Positions 55,887 through 64,000 of a stretch of DNA of 64,000 nucleotides are shown here, one piece after another. The DNA comes from Escherichia phage vB_EcoM_G4498: sequence record NC_054918.1. One strand, 5' to 3'. A model generated the notes under the pieces. It was given only the letters and a program-made list of their open reading frames with translations, made no database searches and had not been told where the DNA came from. Position 1 is the first letter of the stretch; each line of letters begins with the position of its first letter. Position numbers and translations under genes: made by a program.

Positions 55887-56060
55887 TTAAATGACGTTTT
55901 CGATAAAATTCTGAAGCTTTGTATGAGCATCAACCATGATTTTCAATTCTTCTTTAGCGAAAGCCGTACCTCTTTCCCGAGCAGAATACTCATAGTCAGA
56001 AACTGCATTAGCATATTCTTCAATTAGCTTCATTAAAAACATCTGCTTTTCAGTTTTCAT
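55887..56060 (-). CDS. small ORF (57 aa), not in ORF track
   Basis: ATG 56060 with SD AGGTGG; MKTEKQMFLMKLIEEYANAVSDYEYSARERGTAFAKEELKIMVDAHTKLQNFIENVI. Confidence 0.35.
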   Translation of the reverse strand: MKTEKQMFLMKLIEEYANAVSDYEYSARERGTAFAKEELKIMVDAHTKLQNFIENVI

Positions 56061-56244
56061 TATTCCACCTAATCATTTCAAGATATTGAACTAACTTAGC
56101 TTTGGATTTATCCAAATCCTTTTTAGCTGCTTCTATACCGTCGTATGAATATCCTTCACAATGCTCAACTGCTAATTGATATGAATCTATTTCAATATCA
56201 CGTGCTAATTTAATGATTTTTTCAAACTGTTCACGTGTTAGCAT
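56050..56244 (-). CDS. small hypothetical protein
   Basis: 64-aa ORF. Confidence 0.45.
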   Translation of the reverse strand: MLTREQFEKIIKLARDIEIDSYQLAVEHCEGYSYDGIEAAKKDLDKSKAKLVQYLEMIRWNNEN

Positions 56245-56246
56245 AC

Positions 56247-56486
56247 TTAAACTCTCGTATTATGATCGATAATTTCATCAAGAAACATATCTAACGCTTC
56301 TACAGCATTATTAACTTTATCTTCAAGTTCTTCAATACTTTTATTTGCAATGCCTGACGAAAACCAAGCAAAGTCACTAAGTTCCTCGTCTGCTTTACGA
56401 ATTAAAGCTACTAATTCCTTAATTTTATCTGCTTGTTCGATACTAATCATTATTCCACCACATATGAAAGAGAGAATATTGCACAC
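56247..56486 (-). CDS. small hypothetical protein
   Basis: 79-aa ORF. Confidence 0.45.
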
Positions 56487-56638
56487 GCCATGTGAGTTGC
56501 AACTTCATCACACATATTATAACGTTTCTTAAGAAGTTCTACAAGTTCTTCACTAGTAACTTCATCCATGTCGACGAAAAAATCACCATTAATGATGACG
56601 TAGATATTTCCTTCTTGATTGAGTGCTTCAATTTTCAT
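56450..56638 (-). CDS. small hypothetical protein
   Basis: Track start 56683 reads through the promoter; ATG at 56638 with SD GAGGAG ([10 protein letters not shown]...) gives 62 aa. Confidence 0.45.
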
Positions 56639-56664
56639 GATGTTCTCCTCTTTATCCGATAGTT

Positions 56665-56698
56665 GTATAGTATCACAGCTCAAACGGAAAGTAAACCG
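56665..56698 (-). promoter_or_regulatory. early promoter with conserved leader cassette
   Basis: Minus strand GGTTTAC-N17-TGATACTATACAACTATCGGATAAAGAGGAGAACATC-ATG. Confidence 0.6.
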
Positions 56699-56712
56699 GT
56701 AAAATGAAAAAA

Positions 56713-56728
56713 GTCTCCCGAAGGAGAC
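56713..56728 (-). terminator. rho-independent terminator
   Basis: GTCTCC-cgaa-GGAGAC hairpin followed by a U-run on the minus-strand transcript. Confidence 0.65.
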
Positions 56729-56733
56729 TAATG

Positions 56734-57120
56734 TTATTCGAGGGAAAGAAGATACTTACTCTGATAAAACATTCCAGTAATATCATCTATCGTGCTTTGG
56801 ATGGCTGGAGGCATTTCTTTATAAATGCTGTTAGATTGGTCTAGTATGCGATCAATCATTTTAATTGTGTCGGTAGGAAGTTTACTGGCATCTGGAATTG
56901 AAGGTGTGTATTTTCTACCAGAATACCCCAAATATTGCTCACCAAATTTATCAATCAAATCTGGCAACTCGGAGAAAATAAAATCGTATGCTTTGTGTCT
57001 AGCATAATTTTTAGTTTCAAAATGTGCAGAATGAAAATAAGCTTGTGCAGCCATTAATAAACCTAAGTATTCATCTGCCTTTGAAGGTTTTCCACTTTGT
57101 GAAAAGTCGCTGAATTTCAT
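56734..57120 (-). CDS. hypothetical protein (rI.-1 position)
   Basis: 128-aa ORF directly downstream of rI. Confidence 0.5.
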
Positions 57121-57410
57121 TCAGTCTCCAATTTAATGTTCATAATTCTAGCGTATGATTGTGCCATCTCCGCGCCTCGTTCTATACATTCAAAATCAGA
57201 AGAGCACGGGTCATTTTTATAGGTCGTTCTCATAAAACTATAGAACTGTTCAGACGATTCTACGCTTTTATTTTCAAAAAGCATATAAACGTGCCTAATA
57301 CCAGATTCCATAAATTTATCAAAATGAGGATCGACATTCGCTTCAATCGATGGAGATAAAACAAATGACAATCCTAGCATGGCAAAAAGTGCCGTTGCTT
57401 TTAAGGCCAT
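57117..57410 (-). CDS. rI: RI lysis-inhibition regulator (antiholin)
   Basis: 97 aa with N-terminal signal-anchor MALKATALFAMLGLSFVLSPSIEA; matches remembered T4 RI. Confidence 0.8.
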   Translation of the reverse strand: MALKATALFAMLGLSFVLSPSIEANVDPHFDKFMESGIRHVYMLFENKSVESSEQFYSFMRTTYKNDPCSSDFECIERGAEMAQSYARIMNIKLETE

Positions 57411-57422
57411 AAAGGCCTCCTA

Positions 57423-57635
57423 TCATTTTTGTCCTGTATTTACTTTATGCCGATGCACGGCCTTAACTTTATCAAGGTATTTTTCAAAATTTCGCAATCT
57501 AGTATAGTCTGCCGGAGATTGGTTGAGTGATACTTCTCGACGCAAAGCTGAAATGATATTTCCAACTTCCCTACGAATTTCATCTAATTGAAGCACAGTA
57601 AGATTGCGAAGTTGCTTTTCAGTTAATTGTAGCAT
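57423..57635 (-). CDS. small hypothetical protein (rI.1 position)
   Basis: 70-aa ORF. Confidence 0.45.
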
Positions 57636-57677
57636 ATATACCCCTTTAGTTAGATAAACCTATTTATAACTTTTGCA

Positions 57678-58259
57678 CTAACCGAGCTTTTTAGTTAATT
57701 CATTCCAATGTTTTCTACACAAAGAAACATAAATTTCATCACCAATACAGATTTGATTACCTTCTTTAACTGGTGTTCCATCTTCCATTAATCGAGCTGT
57801 CATAATCGCTTTTTTACCACAATGACAAACTGCCTTTAGTTCAATAAGTTTATCTGCAATCGCTAAAAGTTCTTTAGAACCTTCAAATAATTTTCCAGCG
57901 AAATCAGTCCTTAGCCCATAAGCCATAACAGGAACATTATATGTATCAACAATTCGGCTCAATTGATGCACCTGTTCAGTTTTTAAAAACTGAGCTTCAT
58001 CTACAAATACGCAATGAATATCTTTTTGTGCTTCAGCCCATTTATAGAACTCGAAAATATCCATATCATCTGTAATAATATTCGCTTCCTGCTTAATTCC
58101 AATGCGAGAAACGACTTCACAGACAGAATCGCGAGTATCAATAGCAGGCTTAAGAACTAATACACTCATTCCACGTTCTTTATAATTATGTGCAGCAGTC
58201 AAAAGAGAAGCAGATTTTCCAGCATTCATTGCTGCATAAGTAAAAATTAAACTCGCCAT
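57678..58259 (-). CDS. tk: thymidine kinase
   Basis: 193 aa; P-loop YAAMNAGKS; C-terminal zinc ribbon CHCGKK...C. Confidence 0.9.
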   Translation of the reverse strand: MASLIFTYAAMNAGKSASLLTAAHNYKERGMSVLVLKPAIDTRDSVCEVVSRIGIKQEANIITDDMDIFEFYKWAEAQKDIHCVFVDEAQFLKTEQVHQLSRIVDTYNVPVMAYGLRTDFAGKLFEGSKELLAIADKLIELKAVCHCGKKAIMTARLMEDGTPVKEGNQICIGDEIYVSLCRKHWNELTKKLG

Positions 58260-58268
58260 ATCACCTTC

Positions 58269-58454
58269 TTAAAGCGTATTCACATAAGCTATTAATTCAT
58301 TTTCTTTCTTATCAAACCGATCAGCAAATTCTTCCTGCTGTTCGGGAGATAGCGGGCCGTATTCATCATAAAAGGTGTTTGCTTCTGTATGCTCATCTAG
58401 AAGTTCATGGATAAGCTCAAACAATTTATCTTTTTGTTCTTTGCTTAGACTCAC
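58269..58454 (-). CDS. small acidic hypothetical protein
   Basis: 61-aa ORF. Confidence 0.45.
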   Translation of the reverse strand: MSLSKEQKDKLFELIHELLDEHTEANTFYDEYGPLSPEQQEEFADRFDKKENELIAYVNTL

Positions 58455-58623
58455 AGTATGTCAATCCCCAAAAGTTTTAAAATGACTCGTTTCTGATTCA
58501 TAACCGCTACGATTGAATGACCGTTAGGGTCTTTTTGACCCGATCCAATTATAAATCCTTTTTGTGCAGAAAGTTCAATCAAAACATCAAGTTCACGTAA
58601 TAATTGATATTTTAAATCATCAT

Positions 58624-58851
58624 TCATTTTGGTTTACCTTCTTTAACGAAATCAGGATAAGGATAAAATCCCGAATAAAATCCTTCACCTTTATGATTGA
58701 TGCATCCTTTATTAGAACAATAGCACCAATAATCGAAATCACAAGCCATTTCATCATTACATAAAGCAAAAACAACAGGCCATTTACACTTTTCACAATG
58801 GGCATTTTTAAGAATACTAGTTTGGCTCATAACCATGTAACCTTTAAGCAA
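58624..58851 (-). CDS. small Cys-rich hypothetical protein
   Basis: 75 aa with many Cys/His (CEKCKW...CNDEMACDFDYWCYCSNKGCINH). Confidence 0.45.
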   Translation of the reverse strand: MLKGYMVMSQTSILKNAHCEKCKWPVVFALCNDEMACDFDYWCYCSNKGCINHKGEGFYSGFYPYPDFVKEGKPK

Positions 58852-59054
58852 TATTCTTCTACGTGCTGTTTACGACCTTTCTTATCAATAAAGGTATATT
58901 CAACGAATGTTCCAATGTAGTCTTTATCTACATCATGTGGACTATTAATTGGACATTTAGTACGGCAAATGCGTTCCCATTGACGAATAATTACTGCTTT
59001 ATTCTTTGGGTCATATGGATGTGGATAATGTATATTCATAATAATGGTTCCCAA
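58827..59054 (-). CDS. small hypothetical protein
   Basis: 75-aa ORF. Confidence 0.45.
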   Translation of the reverse strand: MGTIIMNIHYPHPYDPKNKAVIIRQWERICRTKCPINSPHDVDKDYIGTFVEYTFIDKKGRKQHVEEYCLKVTWL

Positions 59055-59503
59055 TCAACAATCACAATTTCTAATTTAGAGGAATATGCATCTAAAATCC
59101 CCTCAATAATATCCCAGTTCCCTTTACCTATGCCTGCACCAATCCTAGGCATATAGATTGTAGGTTTAATCAGTTTATTTTCACCAAACTCATTTAATTC
59201 TAACATACAATTCATTAAAGCGGAATACTCAAAATTTGGCCCTGGTTGAAATTGAGTATAAAGGTTGAAGCAATACGCTTTATGAGTCCTAAAGTATTTT
59301 TCATAGACTGAGTAAGAACCGAGTTTAGTTACATCACCCCATTCAGTCTGTAATTTATCAGCTTCCAAAATTTTAGGGAAAGCTTTGGTTAATTGACCCG
59401 CTACGCCTGAACCCATAGTATGAAAACAATTACATCCATGCGCAATATTTTTACCTTCAGCGAAAAGGGCGACAATATCGCCCTTGATATATTTTACAAT
59501 CAT
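59036..59503 (-). CDS. macro-domain-like protein (candidate ADP-ribose binding / ADP-ribosylhydrolase)
   Basis: 155 aa; Gly-rich loops NIAHGCNCFHTMGSGVAGQ and PRIGAGIGKG resemble macro-domain signatures. Confidence 0.5.
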   Translation of the reverse strand: MIVKYIKGDIVALFAEGKNIAHGCNCFHTMGSGVAGQLTKAFPKILEADKLQTEWGDVTKLGSYSVYEKYFRTHKAYCFNLYTQFQPGPNFEYSALMNCMLELNEFGENKLIKPTIYMPRIGAGIGKGNWDIIEGILDAYSSKLEIVIVDWEPLL

Positions 59504-59847
59504 CTAGTACTCAATCCTCGATTATAAGAATCTACCAAACGGTCAACCATTGAATGACAAGCGGCTTTATCTTTCTCCTCCGCAACTGAGCATTCTAAGG
59601 TATTCCACTTTTTAGCATATCGTTTTAATAATGTATCGTTTTTGTATCTGCTTGATTTATCTCTTTCTCCGTCTTTATATGCATATATTAATTTCTGTGC
59701 AAATTCAGCTTGGCATGCTTTATTTTTCCCACAATAATCTGCCGCAGTGCGGTTTACATATTCTCTAATTTCAGTATATGATGTATCTGCTGATGCAGAA
59801 GCAGAAAATGAAATTAATCCTATACATAAAACCAAAATTTTAGTCAT
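59500..59847 (-). CDS. secreted hypothetical protein
   Basis: 115 aa with cleavable signal peptide MTKILVLCIGLISFSASASA and conserved Cys pairs. Confidence 0.5.
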   Translation of the reverse strand: MTKILVLCIGLISFSASASADTSYTEIREYVNRTAADYCGKNKACQAEFAQKLIYAYKDGERDKSSRYKNDTLLKRYAKKWNTLECSVAEEKDKAACHSMVDRLVDSYNRGLSTR

Positions 59848-60385
59848 TTACTATTTCCAAAAGTTTATTATTTTTAAGGTAATTAGCCTTTTCTAGGACT
59901 TCAGAAGCATATTTAGAACCTGCTTTAACATTCCATCCCGAATTATAAGAGGATATTGCTTTTCTTATATCGCCCTTATGTATATTTAACCAATAAGAAA
60001 GTTCAATGTACGCCCAGGAAGCTGAATTGGATCGTTTATTCAACATTCTTTTTATTTCAGCATCAGTCATATTATAACCAAGTTCCTTAACTCTCGCTCG
60101 CATAGTAGGCAAATAATTTTGGAACATTCCGTAGGCGTGATGCTTTGGTTTAGATTTTAAATTAACTCCGCCAGAGCTTTCTTGCCATAAAATGGCTGCC
60201 ATTATATGACCTAATCCGCTCTTGTGGATATTTTTGTGTGTTTTATATTTTCCATCCTTAGAAAATTGTTCCCCGAATTGATACGCGTAACGCATGTTAT
60301 CGAGTTGGACATTACTGAAAGTATGCTCGGAGCTATGTGCCATCATTGAAATGGCCAATAGACCAGCGAGTAGTGCTTTTCTCAT
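59840..60385 (-). CDS. secreted lytic-transglycosylase-like (SLT domain) protein
   Basis: 181 aa; signal peptide; ILWQESSGG resembles the SLT catalytic E-S motif. Confidence 0.55.
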   Translation of the reverse strand: MRKALLAGLLAISMMAHSSEHTFSNVQLDNMRYAYQFGEQFSKDGKYKTHKNIHKSGLGHIMAAILWQESSGGVNLKSKPKHHAYGMFQNYLPTMRARVKELGYNMTDAEIKRMLNKRSNSASWAYIELSYWLNIHKGDIRKAISSYNSGWNVKAGSKYASEVLEKANYLKNNKLLEIVND

Positions 60386-60392
60386 GCTTACC

Positions 60393-60854
60393 TCATTGAG
60401 TTTTAATTACTGCTTTAGAAGCCTTTCCTGGTAAACGACGACTGTTAATAATTGCCATCCTACATTGAAGCGACGGGTCTTTGAACTTCTCATTAGGTTT
60501 ACAAACTGTAAATCCGAGCCAAAGATTTCCATCTGTGATTTCTAAACGTCCAGGACGATATTCAACCCCATCAATAAAATCCTCGTCAATGTCAGGACGC
60601 GGAGGCATACTTAGGAATTCATTAACTTCTAAAACATGGTCTTTTATTTTATGGAATAATTCAAAAACGTATGTCTCATCAATCTCCCGTTGAATTGCGC
60701 GATCAAGAAGATGCTGAGAATATTTTAGATGAAACGATGAGACTCCTGCTGCTTTTGATGCCTCACGAATCTCATTGTTAATTTGACGAAACTCCGACTC
60801 AAAGTGACGACGAAGCTTATTTCGACGGATAAAAACTTCTGTATTGATAGTCAT
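60393..60854 (-). CDS. regB: RegB sequence-specific endoribonuclease
   Basis: 153 aa (T4 RegB length); SD GAGGAG; early promoter upstream. Confidence 0.8.
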   Translation of the reverse strand: MTINTEVFIRRNKLRRHFESEFRQINNEIREASKAAGVSSFHLKYSQHLLDRAIQREIDETYVFELFHKIKDHVLEVNEFLSMPPRPDIDEDFIDGVEYRPGRLEITDGNLWLGFTVCKPNEKFKDPSLQCRMAIINSRRLPGKASKAVIKTQ

Positions 60855-60879
60855 GTTGTTCTCCTCTTAACTGATAGAA

Positions 60880-60913
60880 AAATTATACCACAGTCAAGAG
60901 GAAAAGTAAACAG
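60880..60913 (-). promoter_or_regulatory. early promoter for regB
   Basis: Minus strand GTTTAC-N17-TGGTATAAT. Confidence 0.7.
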
Positions 60914-61234
60914 TTATTCTTTAAATCTAATCAATTTATTCATAGACTTTGAAACTTCTGCACGAACCTCATGTAGATTTTTGAGCTGTTCAAGACGCTG
61001 CGTATAGTAAGCAATTTCATCTTCTTCGAGACAGTCCTGTGAATCTTCTTTAAGATAACGTGCATAGTCCTGAAAAGCGTTACGAACTACTTCCTGGAAA
61101 TCATCAAGACTTTGAATTTTCTTAGGAGCAGCAGATACACGACGAGGGGCAGTATAATACTCATAACCAAACCCTGCGCTTAATTGAGCCATTAGTATTT
61201 TTCCTCTGGTTGGAACACTGCACGACAAGCCCAC
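60914..61234 (-). CDS. hypothetical protein
   Basis: 106-aa ORF. Confidence 0.45.
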   Translation of the reverse strand: MGLSCSVPTRGKILMAQLSAGFGYEYYTAPRRVSAAPKKIQSLDDFQEVVRNAFQDYARYLKEDSQDCLEEDEIAYYTQRLEQLKNLHEVRAEVSKSMNKLIRFKE

Positions 61235-61494
61235 ATACTGGCTTCTTTGAGTTTCGTTTTAGCAATAGTTAACTGATCGAGGCTTTCAGCATAATTCTTC
61301 GCGAATTCACAGTCTTCACAATTATCTAGTGCTTCCCAGAATTCATCGTATAAAGCGTCAAAGATAAGTCCTAAACGAACTTCAGCGTCTTTGATTGCAT
61401 TCACTTTACCGATTTTCTCTTCAGTATGTGGCTTATAACCCTTAATATCTTCAATCATATTTGACTTCCTCACCAGTACATAAATCATATTCAA
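61192..61494 (-). CDS. small hypothetical protein (vs.4 position; candidate Acb2-like nucleotide sponge)
   Basis: 100-aa ORF two genes upstream of the GrcA-like gene; assignment by synteny only. Confidence 0.35.
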   Translation of the reverse strand: MNMIYVLVRKSNMIEDIKGYKPHTEEKIGKVNAIKDAEVRLGLIFDALYDEFWEALDNCEDCEFAKNYAESLDQLTIAKTKLKEASMWACRAVFQPEEKY

Positions 61495-61672
61495 CTAAAC
61501 GAATGGGTTCATGAATGCCATATCCCTGAACAGAAATTTCTGTCGTAGGATAAATTCCATCAATATCACCCATATTCCACGCTTCATTAAATTGCTGTTC
61601 GCCTGAATTACTAAACCACTCGGCGAAAGCATTTAGCACATCTTCAGAACCTTCAATAATTATCTTTGCCAT
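61451..61672 (-). CDS. small hypothetical protein
   Basis: 73-aa ORF. Confidence 0.45.
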   Translation of the reverse strand: MAKIIIEGSEDVLNAFAEWFSNSGEQQFNEAWNMGDIDGIYPTTEISVQGYGIHEPIRLVEYDLCTGEEVKYD

Positions 61673-62034
61673 TACAAACTCTCGGTAAAGGTACGAGCGA
61701 TAACGTCGCGCTGCTGTTCCGGAGTCAGAGAGTTAAAGCGAACTGCATAACCGGATACACGGATGGTCAGCTGCGGATATTTTTCCGGATGCTTAACTGC
61801 ATCTTCCAGAGTTTCACGACGCAGAACGTTAACGTTCAGGTGTTGACCACCTTCAATTTTAACTGTAGGCTGTGGCTCAATTTCAATTTCACGGGCATGC
61901 AAACCATAGAAAATTTCTGGGTCTACAAAAGAGTCCTCTTTAAAGGTTTTAGAAACGATAATTCGTGCTTGAATACCATCTTCAAAATAAATAGTACCTT
62001 TATGTGTTCCTTCAAGAATTTGATATGCTTTCAT
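61672..62034 (-). CDS. autonomous glycyl-radical cofactor (YfiD/GrcA-like)
   Basis: 120 aa; C-terminal [25 protein letters not shown] glycyl-radical motif. Confidence 0.75.
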   Translation of the reverse strand: MKAYQILEGTHKGTIYFEDGIQARIIVSKTFKEDSFVDPEIFYGLHAREIEIEPQPTVKIEGGQHLNVNVLRRETLEDAVKHPEKYPQLTIRVSGYAVRFNSLTPEQQRDVIARTFTESL

Positions 62035-62041
62035 ATAAACC

Positions 62042-62419
62042 TCAATTAGAAAATAAATTTATCCAGGATTGTTCTTTAATTAAAAATGGCTCAGAATCAT
62101 ATGCCATTAAACTTTGGGTAATTAACCCTTTAAAAGGTCCATCAATAAATTCCATGGTAAAATATGGAATTTTATTCATTAGCCGTGCATTAGGAGCAGT
62201 ACATAAAACTCTGCATCCTTTGAATACACCTTTTTGTAATTTGTATTGCTTGGGATAAAATTCGCTCAAAATGTTATTATTTGCTAAAATTTCAAAATGA
62301 TTCACCAATTTATTTTTAATAGTTTTTGGCGAAAAATAAAGATATTCGAAAAGCTGAGTGTCTGTCATCATTGCATTCCGATTATGAAAAACTGTGGACG
62401 AGTAATACCACCAATGCAA
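62042..62419 (-). CDS. hypothetical protein
   Basis: 125-aa ORF. Confidence 0.45.
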   Translation of the reverse strand: MHWWYYSSTVFHNRNAMMTDTQLFEYLYFSPKTIKNKLVNHFEILANNNILSEFYPKQYKLQKGVFKGCRVLCTAPNARLMNKIPYFTMEFIDGPFKGLITQSLMAYDSEPFLIKEQSWINLFSN

Positions 62420-62955
62420 CAGTTAATATTACAGCAGTGGTGTACAGTGTCAATATGGACACTATAAATCTTATCCATATCAGGAGATTTGACAGGCTCA
62501 TCAATTATATATAAAATTCGCGAAAGCGATAAACCTCTGAACTTGCTTCCTTTATTACCAATAAAACTGCGCACAGAATCAGTAAATAAACGAAAACGTA
62601 TATCATCATTAGAATAACGCGAAAATTCCTTTTTAATGTTATTTGCAGAAATTTTAGCGTAAGCTGAAGTATTAGAAAGAACAATAACTGTTCCGCCATC
62701 ATATAACCAATTAGCAGCAAAATTAGTCACAGCAATTGATTTACCGGATTGACGTCCACCATCTATACGAAGTGTGCAATACTGTTTAAGTAAGTCTTCA
62801 AATGGTGGGATATAATCGTTTTTACAAATTTCTTCTACTCTAGCATCAGAATGGTGTGTAAAAGCATTCATCAGGGATAGATAAGGACCAGTTAAAAATG
62901 TTCTCATTTTATTCTCTCTAGGTTTGGGCCATTCCGTGGCGCATGAATTGTCCAT
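62368..62955 (-). CDS. P-loop NTPase-like hypothetical protein (start uncertain)
   Basis: Walker-A-like GGRQSGKS and Walker-B-like LYIIDE; real start may be MRTFLTG... Confidence 0.45.
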   Translation of the reverse strand: MDNSCATEWPKPRENKMRTFLTGPYLSLMNAFTHHSDARVEEICKNDYIPPFEDLLKQYCTLRIDGGRQSGKSIAVTNFAANWLYDGGTVIVLSNTSAYAKISANNIKKEFSRYSNDDIRFRLFTDSVRSFIGNKGSKFRGLSLSRILYIIDEPVKSPDMDKIYSVHIDTVHHCCNINCCIGGITRPQFFIIGMQ

Positions 62956-62975
62956 TTCTGTATTTACCCATTACC
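62941..62975. repeat. 35-nt repeat, copy A (ip-locus flank)
   Basis: gcatgaattgtccatttctgtatttacccattacc; 33/35 identical to copy B at 63577-63611. Confidence 0.7.
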
Positions 62976-63048
62976 GCACTTGGGCTCGACCTTATTACAT
63001 GTTGGCGGGAATCCCTCACAAAATCATGAGGTCCAGGTTGTTCCCATG

Positions 63049-63522
63049 TTATTTGAACGATTTAACGTACTGAATAGAACCTTTACTATTCACAAAGGCA
63101 ATTTTACCATTTTTGTTATACATAGTAGCAGTACGTTGATAACCGTAAGTTTGTTTACCAGATTGATAACCAACTAATGCGAAATTATCTTCACCCATTT
63201 TATTCTGTTTAGCGCGAATGCGTTCATGACCATGTGCCATAAGAACCTTAGCATCACCAGTTGCAATGGATCGACGAGTTTTTTCATCTTCAGCTGTATT
63301 AACAAAGTCGTCAAATGAATCAAATTTAGCATGAGATTTATTATACAGTTTTCCATCTACTGCATAATTATATCCTTGTACATCCATCTCAACTTCTGTA
63401 CCATCATCTAATACAGCAGTAATTTTCTGTCCTTTTTTAAATTTCAAAAGATCAGTAAAAGATTCAGCAATAATTTGAGAATTAATAGCTGCCTCAGTAA
63501 TAAATTCTTGATATGTTTTCAT
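63049..63522 (-). CDS. internal protein (IPII/IPIII-like) with capsid targeting sequence
   Basis: 157 aa starting MKTYQEFITEAA, resembling the T4 internal-protein CTS. Confidence 0.7.
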   Translation of the reverse strand: MKTYQEFITEAAINSQIIAESFTDLLKFKKGQKITAVLDDGTEVEMDVQGYNYAVDGKLYNKSHAKFDSFDDFVNTAEDEKTRRSIATGDAKVLMAHGHERIRAKQNKMGEDNFALVGYQSGKQTYGYQRTATMYNKNGKIAFVNSKGSIQYVKSFK

Positions 63523-63563
63523 GTATATCCTTTAAATGTAAATAGTTTTATTCTTTAAGTTTT

Positions 63564-63589
63564 GGACAATTCACACGCATGAATTGTCC
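63564..63589 (-). terminator. perfect 10-bp hairpin GGACAATTCA-cacgca-TGAATTGTCC
   Basis: Inverted repeat between the upstream CDS and the ip gene; overlaps repeat copy B. Confidence 0.5.
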
Positions 63590-63611
63590 GTTTCTATATT
63601 TACCCATTACC
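63577..63611. repeat. 35-nt repeat, copy B (ip-locus flank)
   Basis: gcatgaattgtccgtttctatatttacccattacc. Confidence 0.7.
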
Positions 63612-63630
63612 AGGTTCGAACTCGGCTTTA

Positions 63631-64000
63631 TTAAGAATTACCGCGGGCTGCATTAGCAACGGCGTAAGCGTACTGAACATTAGCGTCTTTAAACGTACCT
63701 TTAGAGGTATCTATTTCTGCCCTAAAGCCGCCTTTAGTCATAACATCGGCAAATTCTTTACGGAAAGCCATTGCATCAAGACTTCTCCATGATGATTTGT
63801 GCTTGGCAAATTCAAGACCTGCGAAGTTGACAGCTTTAGCCAATTTATTATCAATGACCCATTTACCGGCTTTAGGCACAAACTTCGGGCCTTTTTGTTT
63901 AGAGAACAGTTTTAAATTCCAGCGACGAAGGTCACTGTCGGCTTTAACAAAAGCTGCGTCTAAGTTACTAGCAACAACATCTTCAATATGAGCAAATTTA
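63631..64000 (-). CDS. hypothetical protein, 3' part only (CDS continues past window end)
   Basis: Minus-strand frame stays open from 64000 down to the stop at 63631; C-terminus ...KGGFRAEIDTSKGTFKDANVQYAYAVANAARGNS. Confidence 0.5.
   Translation of the reverse strand, partial: KFAHIEDVVASNLDAAFVKADSDLRRWNLKLFSKQKGPKFVPKAGKWVIDNKLAKAVNFAGLEFAKHKSSWRSLDAMAFRKEFADVMTKGGFRAEIDTSKGTFKDANVQYAYAVANAARGNS

Noticed and set aside
58620-58805. 61-aa hydrophobic ORF overlapping the Cys-rich ORF 58624-58851
   Set aside because: Same strand, different frame, no SD; the Cys-rich frame looks more protein-like, so this is probably an artifact.
62941-62975. GGTAAATA within the 35-nt repeat as a possible late promoter
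   Set aside because: Only 6/8 match to TATAAATA and lacks the leading TA; insufficient to call a promoter.
1-64000. tRNA genes, rRNA, CRISPR arrays, integrase/transposase or prophage att sites
   Set aside because: No cloverleaf-like GC-rich ~75-nt segments, no direct-repeat/spacer arrays and no integrase or transposase ORFs were seen; the only mobile-element-like genes are the three homing-endonuclease-type ORFs.

Overview
This window is the early-gene region of a T-even (T4-like, Tequatrovirus-type) myophage, running from rIIA at position 1 to the internal-protein (ip) locus at the right edge. Almost every gene is on the minus strand, tightly packed with overlapping stop/start codons. Assignments rest on reading the translated ORFs against remembered T4 proteins and motifs plus T4 gene order; nothing was searched against a database. 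Recognisable genes in order: rIIA, an unsplit topoisomerase gene 39, motB, dexA, dda, modA/modB, soc, 56, 61, sp, dmd, 41, uvsX, 42, imm, 43, regA, 62, 44, 45, rpbA, 46, 47, a-gt, 55, nrdG, nrdD, 49, nrdC, rI, tk, regB and an ip gene. Non-coding structure is dense: sigma70-type early promoters (GTTTAC-N17-TGGTATAAT), MotA-box middle promoters, two TATAAATA-type late promoters, the gene 43 translational operator, and UUCG/GNRA-loop terminators. No tRNA, rRNA, CRISPR array or transposon was seen. Departures from T4 as I remember it: gene 39 is one 606-aa ORF with no gene 60/mobA split; a 280-aa GT-A-like glycosyltransferase sits where T4 has b-gt; there is no segF between 56 and soc; nrdD is uninterrupted; an HNH endonuclease occupies the 56-61 interval; a second, paralogous HNH gene lies on the plus strand behind a late promoter between 45.2 and 46; and a GIY-YIG endonuclease is wedged between the glycosyltransferase and gene 42. 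The most interesting observations are an untracked 54-codon ORF whose N-terminus matches the internal-protein capsid-targeting sequence, reused promoter-leader cassettes that create false N-terminal extensions in the ORF track, and an AAA+ ATPase / nucleotidyltransferase-fold / membrane-protein cluster of unknown function.
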